A stretch of DNA of 64,000 bases from the NCBI GenBank assembly GCA_021818475.1, contig JAKADZ010000002.1, positions 64,536 through 128,535 of the forward strand, in the 5' to 3' direction. This DNA comes from Nanobdellota archaeon. Lineage in GTDB: Archaea > Nanobdellota > Nanobdellia > Pacearchaeales > GW2011-AR1. Below, piece by piece: positions 54,653 through 62,129 of the stretch. A program made the position numbers and the translations under genes. Numbering within the stretch: position 1 is the first letter of the stretch; the number at the start of each line of letters is the position of its first letter. The notes under the pieces were generated by a model that worked only from the letters and a program-made list of their open reading frames with translations, was not told where the DNA came from and made no database searches.

Positions 54653-55339
54653 ATGGGAAAAACAAGATTAAAGATAAATAAAGAAATACCAGAAATTCGC
54701 TTAGATGACTGGATAAAAAAACATGACTTCGAAATTAGGAAGATTATGGACCTTGAGGAGGTTAGTTTAAATTATACAAAAGAAATTCTTGATGACTTTA
54801 AAAGAACGATAGCCCGAATGGAGCAAGACTTAGATTATCCGTTGCCCATGGAAGATAAACAAATTATATTTGAAAAGAGAGAGAATTTACAAGCCTCAAG
54901 TTATGAAGAAATAATTGAGGAAATAAAAACATACGGGAAAGTTATTTCTCGTGCAGCAGTTTGTGATAGATTAAAAGACGGAACCTTTTTAATAAGACAA
55001 GGAATTTCTGAAAAAGGAAGTTACCTTCCAAAACATTTGGTTTTAGAATATTTATCACATGAATTCGGGCATACTTTAGGAAATTGTATAGAAGATGTAC
55101 TAGATGAAGAACTAAAGGCATATACTTTTGCGTCATTATTCTTTAAGTATTATAACGGAAAATCTCTTTATTCAACATTCACAAATAAACAAAAGGAGGA
55201 TATTCACCGCCGAGCATTAAGAGAACTGGGAAAAATATTGCGGGCAGGAATTTCTGAAGAAACAATTATCTCTCATTTGATTAAGGAAAAGTTTGGAAAA
55301 GCAAAACCAACTGATTTGTTCAAATTTCTTATGAACTAA
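54653..55339 (+). CDS. hypothetical protein with HExxH (HEFGH) motif
   Basis: 228 aa. YLSHEFGHTLGNCIEDVLDEELKAY could be a gluzincin-like site. Otherwise unrecognised. Confidence 0.5.
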   Translation: MGKTRLKINKEIPEIRLDDWIKKHDFEIRKIMDLEEVSLNYTKEILDDFKRTIARMEQDLDYPLPMEDKQIIFEKRENLQASSYEEIIEEIKTYGKVISRAAVCDRLKDGTFLIRQGISEKGSYLPKHLVLEYLSHEFGHTLGNCIEDVLDEELKAYTFASLFFKYYNGKSLYSTFTNKQKEDIHRRALRELGKILRAGISEETIISHLIKEKFGKAKPTDLFKFLMN

Positions 55340-56391
55340 AAATTCTCTTTAATTTCAGTTTCTAATTTTTTGTATCCAAAAAAGTCAGTTGTATAGTTAT
55401 ATGCTCCTGCGTTCAGGAAAACAATTTTATCTCCAACTTTTATGTTTTTGTTTAATCTGACTTTATATCTAAAAATATCATCTCTCGTTGGGGAATTCCC
55501 TTTTATCAAAAAATAGCTTCCTTCCTCGTTTTCAGAAAGTTCTCCTTCAACCAGCATTTTAGTCTCAGTTAAAATTGTATCAAGAGCACAGTTGTAAATA
55601 GTGGTATTAAGAATTAAATTATTATCATATTTTTGAATTATTTCTGCTGCAAGTTTAATGCAAGGAGCAGCAAGGAATCTTCCGGGCTCAATAATTGTTT
55701 CAATCCCTTTTTCATCAAGCCATTTTTTTGTTTCCTTTAATTTTGAAAAAATGTATTTAAATGAATCAGGATTTGAATTTCTGTAAATACTGGGAATTCC
55801 CCCTCCTAAATTTACAAAATCTATTCTGTCAAAACTCTCTTCAGTCAAAGAATCTTTCAGTTCATCAATAATTTCCCACTCGGAAGTGTTTTGAGATTTT
55901 CGGTGGAGATTAATTCCAAGTTTATTTATTAGAGGATTATTTTTTATTTTAGAGATTAATTCATTGACTTTTGATGAAGGCATACCATAAACAAAATATT
56001 TCCCCGTCCCGATTCTATGCTCCTGAAATTTCATCCTTAAAGAAAGATTAATTTCTGTTTTTGTTTTCTCAATAAGGCTTAAAATTCTTTCAAAATCAAC
56101 TTCATTATCAACAACAAAATTTCTTACTCCTTTATTCAAAATTTCTTTTAGTTCTTCCTCAGATTCTGCCTGGGTAAAAAACCAGATTTTAAATTTGTCT
56201 TTTATCATTTCAATTTCTTCTTCAGCATGAATTGAAAAGTCAACATTTTTTCCTTCGGGCAAATTCTGGATTATATCCCCAACAATTCTATTTGTTTTAT
56301 AAGAGTAAGAAATTTTCATTCCTATTTCTTCGAGGCTTTTTATCTGTTCTTTCAGGATTTTTTTAGATAAAATAAATTTAGCTTCGCTCAT
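55336..56391 (-). CDS. PLP-dependent decarboxylase, Orn/DAP/Arg decarboxylase family (fold III)
   Basis: 351 aa. YSYKTN (PLP Lys), NLGGGIPS and EPGRFLAAP motifs. Its ATG overlaps the dys stop (ATGA). Confidence 0.75.
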   Translation of the reverse strand: MSEAKFILSKKILKEQIKSLEEIGMKISYSYKTNRIVGDIIQNLPEGKNVDFSIHAEEEIEMIKDKFKIWFFTQAESEEELKEILNKGVRNFVVDNEVDFERILSLIEKTKTEINLSLRMKFQEHRIGTGKYFVYGMPSSKVNELISKIKNNPLINKLGINLHRKSQNTSEWEIIDELKDSLTEESFDRIDFVNLGGGIPSIYRNSNPDSFKYIFSKLKETKKWLDEKGIETIIEPGRFLAAPCIKLAAEIIQKYDNNLILNTTIYNCALDTILTETKMLVEGELSENEEGSYFLIKGNSPTRDDIFRYKVRLNKNIKVGDKIVFLNAGAYNYTTDFFGYKKLETEIKENF

Positions 56392-57326
56392 TTCAATAAT
56401 CCTTCTTTTTTCATTTTTTCGAGAACACTGCTCATTATGAGAGGAAAAGTTATTGAAACATCTCCGATAACTGTAGCAGCTTCTCCGTCATCTTTTATTT
56501 TTCCCCATGATTTTGCTTCCTGTGTCGTAGCCCCCGACATAGAGCCGGAACTTGAATGCGAAGTTGTAAGATAAACTGCATAATCAAAACCTCCTGAAAG
56601 CAAAGCAGCAAAGATTGCATAATGTTTTGAGATGCTCCCTCCTAAGGAGATTAATCCTTTTTTCTCATCAAAACTTAAATCAACAGTTATTCTCTCCATA
56701 TCTTTTATGACATCAACAACAAAATCAGGATGTTTTTGCTGGAACATATATAACTGAAAACCAAAAGAAGAATCTGCAATTCCTGGGCAATAAATAGGAA
56801 TATTATTTTTAGCTGCCTGAAATAAAACTGAATTATTATCGTTTAGCATCATTCCTATTTCATAAATTAATTCAGAAGAGGAAATTCTTTTTTTCTTCTC
56901 ATAAATTTTTTCTAAAAGTTCAGTCATCTTATCTTCAAATTTCATGTAACCCGAAGTATGGATTAACAAATTGCCAACTCTGTTTTCCCCGCGTTCATGC
57001 ATTGAAACATCATCAGCATTAAAATTAGTTATTTCAAAATTTTCTCCAAGAGATTTTATGATATCTTCCTCAATCGAACCGGAAGTGGTTACGAGAATAT
57101 TTGGAATATTTAATTCGCATAATTGTGCAAAAAATCCTCTCAATCCAGAAGTCGCCATGTTAGAAGTAAATGTAAGAAAAATCCTTGCATTTGTTCTTTT
57201 CATTTTCATAATTACTTTGACTGCTTCAGAAAGTTCTGTCGCCTGATAGCCGACAGAGCCGAGACTATCAACGAGCGCCTCAACAGACATACCTTCAGAC
57301 CATAAAAAATCTTTGACTAATTTCAT
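56388..57326 (-). CDS. dys: deoxyhypusine synthase
   Basis: 312 aa. IFLTFTSNMATSGLRG, NILVTTSGSIEEDI and LISLGGSISKH blocks are typical of DHS. Confidence 0.88.
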   Translation of the reverse strand: MKLVKDFLWSEGMSVEALVDSLGSVGYQATELSEAVKVIMKMKRTNARIFLTFTSNMATSGLRGFFAQLCELNIPNILVTTSGSIEEDIIKSLGENFEITNFNADDVSMHERGENRVGNLLIHTSGYMKFEDKMTELLEKIYEKKKRISSSELIYEIGMMLNDNNSVLFQAAKNNIPIYCPGIADSSFGFQLYMFQQKHPDFVVDVIKDMERITVDLSFDEKKGLISLGGSISKHYAIFAALLSGGFDYAVYLTTSHSSSGSMSGATTQEAKSWGKIKDDGEAATVIGDVSITFPLIMSSVLEKMKKEGLLK

Positions 57327-57480
57327 TTTAGAAAAAGCACAGCTACACTTATTGTTTTGGAATCGGAATCGCCAAAATAGTGTAATCGCTCTGCATAAAA
57401 AAACTAAAATAAGGTCATTTTTAAATCTTCCTCAAGAAATATTCAAAGTTCTAAAGACATAAGTTTCAGGCGAGTCAATC

Positions 57481-58233
57481 CTAACTTGCTCTCCTAACTG
57501 CCCTTACCCCGAGAGCGGAAAACTGATTAGAGGGAATCCTGCTGCAAATGAGGCTAACCCACTCGGGATCAGCAACGAACCTAGCGACTGAATTATTATC
57601 GCTTCGCGAATACCAATAATATAAATTTCCTGATTTAATTTTTTTATTTGGAAGTCCTTGTTTTGTATGAGAGTTATCTAAATAATCTTCCAAAGAAATT
57701 CCCGGCTCTTTATCTTTCATTAGAGTATCTCTATCAAGAATGTTTGAACTTCTTGGAACAAGATTTCCATTTGAATCTAAAATATGATTATAATTAATTA
57801 CTAAATCTTTTCCGTTTGTTTTAAAATAAGCATCAATCCATTCTGCTCTCTGAGGATTTCTTACTTCGGTAATTTCTTTGTAAATATCTTGGTGATTTAT
57901 TTTGCAATATTTCAAGAACTCAATAAACTCAGGAAGAATCAACATTCTTTCATTATTTGCCTGAAGAAGTTTATGGCAATCAAACCAATTTTCTCCTAAA
58001 CAAGTTCTTTCTTTTGCAACATAAAGATTTATTGAAGGAACATAAATAAAACGATTATCTTTTTGAAGAGAAGTATGTCTTTCTAATATCTCTTTTACTC
58101 TCTCTTGATTTAATCTTAAACTTGGATCAGAACAAACTTCCTGAATAAATGATAAATCTTCTCCTTGAGATAAGAAATCTCTGATTATCTCTCTTTCTGT
58201 CTGATAAGTTTCAGTTAATTCTTCAGTTTGCAT
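57481..58233 (-). CDS. hypothetical protein (250 aa) with a GC-rich 3' end
   Basis: Clean ORF with no motif recognised. The last ~40 codons (57481-57610) are visibly GC-richer than the rest. Confidence 0.5.
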   Translation of the reverse strand: MQTEELTETYQTEREIIRDFLSQGEDLSFIQEVCSDPSLRLNQERVKEILERHTSLQKDNRFIYVPSINLYVAKERTCLGENWFDCHKLLQANNERMLILPEFIEFLKYCKINHQDIYKEITEVRNPQRAEWIDAYFKTNGKDLVINYNHILDSNGNLVPRSSNILDRDTLMKDKEPGISLEDYLDNSHTKQGLPNKKIKSGNLYYWYSRSDNNSVARFVADPEWVSLICSRIPSNQFSALGVRAVRRAS

Positions 58234-58360
58234 TCTATTACCTGATTAATCTTATTTAAAAAACTTTCTAATGTAACTTCTTAAAAGTTATAACAATAAA
58301 GAGGTTATTAATAACTTTTTTAGATTAACAAAATTTTCAATAATATCAAAAAAAGGGTAA

Positions 58361-58391
58361 CTTTTTCCCTCAGGGTGGGCGGGTGGGACTG
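58361..58391 (+). repeat. repeat-family fragment: short E module = G-quadruplex motif
   Basis: ctttttccctcagggtgggcgggtgggactg, with gggtgggcgggtggg at 58373-58387. Confidence 0.75.
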
Positions 58392-58494
58392 ATGAAGGAT
58401 GAAAATTTTCTAGAATTGATGTGCGATTTAACAAATAATAAAAATATAGTTCTACTACAAAAATCTTTTTAAATGGAAATTTTATAGAAATTGT

Positions 58495-58680
58495 ATGAAT
58501 AAATGGATTGAAATTTTGTTTGGATTGATTCTTCTGAACGGAGCAATCTTCACTTGGATGACAAATTTCTGGGCATTAGGTGACGCCGCATTGACTTTCT
58601 TCAAGGGCGGATTGGTTTGGATGGTTATCCTTTTAGGGTTTGTTTTTATCGTTCTTGGAATTAGCGACCTTAAAGATTAA
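58495..58680 (+). CDS. small membrane protein (61 aa, 2 TM)
   Basis: IEILFGLILLNGAIFTW and LVWMVILLGFVFIVLGI hydrophobic helices. Confidence 0.5.
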   Translation: MNKWIEILFGLILLNGAIFTWMTNFWALGDAALTFFKGGLVWMVILLGFVFIVLGISDLKD

Positions 58681-58682
58681 TC

Positions 58683-58992
58683 AGGCTTAACCAAAAAGGA
58701 AAACGGGTTAGATTATTTTAGTTAGTTCAAACACAAATTCAGGAAAGTTTAAACAAAAATTTAAGGAATTTCTTTATTAACAAATTTCCAAACAGAGCGC
58801 CTTGACGAATGTCTGGCGCGAAGCAATCAACATCAAAATTTCAGGGAAATTTTTAAGAAAGGATTAGGTTGTCTTCAACAGGCTTGACCACACTTTCAAG
58901 GGGAAAATGTGTGCGAGCGATTTCGCGGAAGTGAGGCCAGTGATATGCAAGCGAGGTCGCGAGTTGAGAAAACCGATTAGGTTGTCTTCAAC
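58683..58992 (+). repeat. modular intergenic repeat cluster (GC hairpin module, D hairpin variant, gattaggt module twice, long E module)
   Basis: agagcgccttgacgaatgtctggcgcgaagc. aaaatttc-agg-gaaatttt at 58835-58853. gattaggttgtcttcaac at 58862-58879 and again at 58975-58992. gtgtgcgagcgatttcgcggaagtgaggccagtgatatgcaagcgaggtcgcgagttgag. Confidence 0.85.
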
Positions 58993-59596
58993 TTAATAAA
59001 GCAATTAATGTCCCTTCAATAATTCCGGCAACAAGAAGAAGAGGGATTATTATTAACAGAAATACTTTTAGTGATTTTATCATATAATCTCTGAAAGATT
59101 GAAGTTTCTTTTTCTGGAATATGAAAGTTCCCATTTTTAACCCCAACCCAAGTGAAATAAAAACTGCGGGCAGTTCAAAAATTCCGTGGGGAAGAATTCT
59201 CCAGAGAGTCAAAAACCCGTCAGCTTTAACGCTTAAAAGTGAGACAAATCCAAGCATATAACCGTTTGCAATTGCACTTATGAGAGGAAAAATTCCCAGG
59301 ATTGTTCCAAAAACAATCACTAATAAAGTACTCTTAAGATTATTTGAAATTATAAACTGAATAAGCTGCATTTGGGACATCCCTGCAGTTTGCTTGACCA
59401 AATCCTGTATGAAAGAAATTATTTTTGTGTAAATAAATTGCGGAGCAGGTATAAAATAAGCAAAAAAAACAAAAAAGAAAAAAATCCCTATTGAAGCATA
59501 AATAAATTTTTTAGATTCTTTAATATACTTCCAGCTGTCTTTGTATTCTTCAGAAAGGCTGAATCCTTTCCTCTTTTTTTTTGTTTTTTTTACCAT
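58988..59596 (-). CDS. SpoIIM/DUF95-family membrane protein
   Basis: 202 aa, multi-TM. ILPHGIFELPAVFISLGLGLKMG is the family signature. Confidence 0.7.
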   Translation of the reverse strand: MVKKTKKKRKGFSLSEEYKDSWKYIKESKKFIYASIGIFFFFVFFAYFIPAPQFIYTKIISFIQDLVKQTAGMSQMQLIQFIISNNLKSTLLVIVFGTILGIFPLISAIANGYMLGFVSLLSVKADGFLTLWRILPHGIFELPAVFISLGLGLKMGTFIFQKKKLQSFRDYMIKSLKVFLLIIIPLLLVAGIIEGTLIALLS

Positions 59597-60255
59597 CAGT
59601 GAAAATATTGTCTTATATATTGAGTCTTATTCTTATATTTTTTTCTCAGATAAAATCCGTATCCAATCCCTGCAACAAATCCCCCCAGATGTGCTGTATT
59701 CCCAATAGGAATATTTCCAAGCGAAGAAATCATCCATAATAAAACAAGCATCATAGGTGCAGCATATTTCATTTTAATGGGGATAGGAATAAACATCATA
59801 TAAACAGAAAGATCCGGGGTTAAAACCATTAAAAGTCCTGTAAGCCCGAATAATGCCCCTGATGCTCCGACGGCATAACTGTTGAAATCAGAGGGGAAAA
59901 TAAAGCTCAAAGCAACAAAAGAAATTCCTGCGAATAATCCTGAAAGGAGATAAAAATTAAGGTATCTTTTTTTTCCGATTATCTTCTCTGTAAAAGCTCC
60001 GAGAAAAAGAAGTGAAATCATATTTGCAAAAATATGAAAAAATCCTGCATGCATAAACATGCTTGTTAAAAAAGTCCAGATGTAAAAATGATTGATTATA
60101 TTTGCAGGTTTTAATGCAATATAATCCAGAAAGTTAGGATTAATTAAAAGGATAATGGAGAAAAGAATAAAACATATTACATTTACAATAACCAGCAGTA
60201 AAGTGATATTAAAATCAAATAATCCTCTCCTCTTCTTTACAGAGTAAAAATTCAT
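59596..60255 (-). CDS. rhomboid-family intramembrane serine protease
   Basis: 219 aa. HAGFFHIFANM, GASGALFGL (catalytic Ser) and AHLGGFVAG (catalytic His). Confidence 0.88.
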   Translation of the reverse strand: MNFYSVKKRRGLFDFNITLLLVIVNVICFILFSIILLINPNFLDYIALKPANIINHFYIWTFLTSMFMHAGFFHIFANMISLLFLGAFTEKIIGKKRYLNFYLLSGLFAGISFVALSFIFPSDFNSYAVGASGALFGLTGLLMVLTPDLSVYMMFIPIPIKMKYAAPMMLVLLWMISSLGNIPIGNTAHLGGFVAGIGYGFYLRKKYKNKTQYIRQYFH

Positions 60256-60953
60256 TTTTTACTTTTAGTTTTTTTAACAGATTTTTTTGATGGCTTTGCA
60301 GATTTCTTCACCTTTGCTTTTTCTTTTTTTGGAGCATTTTTGGCTTTCTCTGCTTTTTTCTTTTCTTTTTCCTTCTTGGCTAATCTCTCTTCTTTTTTCA
60401 TCTCTTTTGCTTTCTTTTTTTCAACTTTTTCTTTTTCAATCTTAATTTCATCGTCGACAGATTCAAGCTCTTTTCTCAGCTTATCCAGTTCTTTGTTATA
60501 CTCTTTTATTGCCGGGGAATTATCTTTTCTGGAAACTATATTCCCGCATTCATTGCAGATAAAATTATGCACTAATGCAGTTTCTTCATTAAATTCAATA
60601 TTGCAGGTTTCACAGGTGTAAAATTCTTTTGTCTCCCTGCTTTTTATCTGATGTTGCACCTGCTCCATTTGTTTCAGGATCGCTTCTCTTAGGAATTCTA
60701 AACTTTTCATGACTTCAATTTTCCAGAAATAAGTATACCATCCTTTTCTCTTGTCTTTCTTTCTTATGAATGAAACAAGCCCTTCATCTGAAATTTTGTA
60801 GAGGATATTTCTCGTCTGATTTATTGTAAGATTTAGTTTTTTTGCAATAAGAAATTCATTGACATATTTCTCCCCGTCGAGTAAATCTACTATCTGTTCG
60901 GCCTGTTTTCCTGCTATGGAAGTCACAATTTCAGTAAGAAGTTTTTTGAGCAT
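60252..60953 (-). CDS. tfe: transcription factor E (TFE alpha) with Lys-rich C-terminal tail
   Basis: 233 aa. Winged helix (FLIAKKLNLTINQTRNILYKISDEGLVSFIRKKD), zinc ribbon (CETCN...CNECG) and a KKEKEKKKAEKAK tail. Confidence 0.85.
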   Translation of the reverse strand: MLKKLLTEIVTSIAGKQAEQIVDLLDGEKYVNEFLIAKKLNLTINQTRNILYKISDEGLVSFIRKKDKRKGWYTYFWKIEVMKSLEFLREAILKQMEQVQHQIKSRETKEFYTCETCNIEFNEETALVHNFICNECGNIVSRKDNSPAIKEYNKELDKLRKELESVDDEIKIEKEKVEKKKAKEMKKEERLAKKEKEKKKAEKAKNAPKKEKAKVKKSAKPSKKSVKKTKSKK

Positions 60954-61190
60954 AATTTTAATAAAAAAAAGTCAAATAAATATCTTTCGGTTCCGTGAAG
61001 CAGAAAGAATAAGAGAATTATTCTCGGTTTAGGTTTAGTTTCCTGGCTAAAATGAATGAAAAAAATGTTCTGTTTTTTGATTTCGGTTCAAAAATTTCTG
61101 GGCAAGCATGGAGATTTTACGCATTTTTATTAGATTAAAAAAACATTTTTAAACCTATATTACATATTATATATTAGAGTATATATTCAA

Positions 61191-61739
61191 ATGGCACTAT
61201 TCAAAAAAAAAGAGGAGAGTAAACCAGAAGGGATTCCAAAACTTCCTGATTTAAAATTGGCAGAGCCACCTATTCTTCCGGAACTTCCGGAGATGAAAAA
61301 AGACGATGAAGATTATGATAATGAAAAAATTTCTCAGCTCCCAAGTTTTCCTCCTGGAACTTTAGGGGATAAGTTTTCGCAGTATAATATTAAAGATGCT
61401 GTATCAGGGAAAAAAGAAGAAGCAGAAGAAGTTGAGGAAGATAATCAGAAGATGCAGAAAACTCCCTTAAAAGAAGAAAAAAGAACAATGTTTTATCAAA
61501 CTCCTGAAAAAGTAAAAGAAGAGGAACCAATTTTTATAAGGATAGACAAATTTGAAGAAGGTTCAAAAACATTTGACGAAGCAAAAAAACAAATTTCAGC
61601 AATAGAAGGAATGTTTGAAGAGCTGAAAAAAGTCAAAGAAGACGAAGAAAAAGAATTAAAAAATTTTGAAGAAGAATTAAGAGAAATAAAAGAAAAACTT
61701 GAAAAAATTGATGAAAATATTTTTTCTAAAGTAGGTTAA
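61191..61739 (+). CDS. hypothetical acidic coiled-coil protein (182 aa)
   Basis: ORF with a TATA-like region upstream. No motif recognised. Confidence 0.5.
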   Translation: MALFKKKEESKPEGIPKLPDLKLAEPPILPELPEMKKDDEDYDNEKISQLPSFPPGTLGDKFSQYNIKDAVSGKKEEAEEVEEDNQKMQKTPLKEEKRTMFYQTPEKVKEEEPIFIRIDKFEEGSKTFDEAKKQISAIEGMFEELKKVKEDEEKELKNFEEELREIKEKLEKIDENIFSKVG

Positions 61740-61740
61740 A

Positions 61741-62094
61741 ATGGAACAAAAGAGCCCGATTTATTTCCGAATAGGTTATGATGAATCAATTGAATCAAAA
61801 AAAGGTGTATTGTCTTCAGAAGTTTCTTTGCTTAATCTGATTAAGATAATTAAAAGATACAATTTAATCCGGCTCGAGGAATTTAAAATAAAAACCGAGA
61901 TTTCCAGAGCAATAAAAAAATTGGATTTGGAGATGAAAAAAACAAAATCATCTTTCCCGTTTTTTAAGGTGCCAAAAACAAAAAAAAGAGAAACATATGA
62001 AAAAAGAACTGTCGGAACAAAGGAAAAAGTTGATATTAATTTAGAGGCCGAACTTAGGGAAATACAGGAAAAATTGAATTCTCTTAACAGATAA
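61741..62094 (+). CDS. hypothetical protein (117 aa)
   Basis: ATG lies 1 nt after the previous stop, so the two are probably co-transcribed. No motif recognised. Confidence 0.5.
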   Translation: MEQKSPIYFRIGYDESIESKKGVLSSEVSLLNLIKIIKRYNLIRLEEFKIKTEISRAIKKLDLEMKKTKSSFPFFKVPKTKKRETYEKRTVGTKEKVDINLEAELREIQEKLNSLNR

Positions 62095-62100
62095 CAAAAA

Positions 62101-62110
62101 TTTTTAAAAT
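62101..62110 (+). promoter_or_regulatory. TATA-box-like element upstream of alaS
   Basis: tttttaaaat lies 20-29 nt upstream of the ATG at 62130. Confidence 0.35.
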
Positions 62111-62129
62111 ACTTCTTCCTGAATTTTGT

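Noticed and set aside
57481-57612. The GC-rich 3' end of ORF 57481-58233 as a diverged, reverse-oriented copy of the E module.
   Set aside because: Similarity is limited to short blocks. The best of these, ttcgcgaa, is itself palindromic, so orientation cannot be determined. Other blocks (gattag) point the opposite way. The evidence is too weak to count as a copy.
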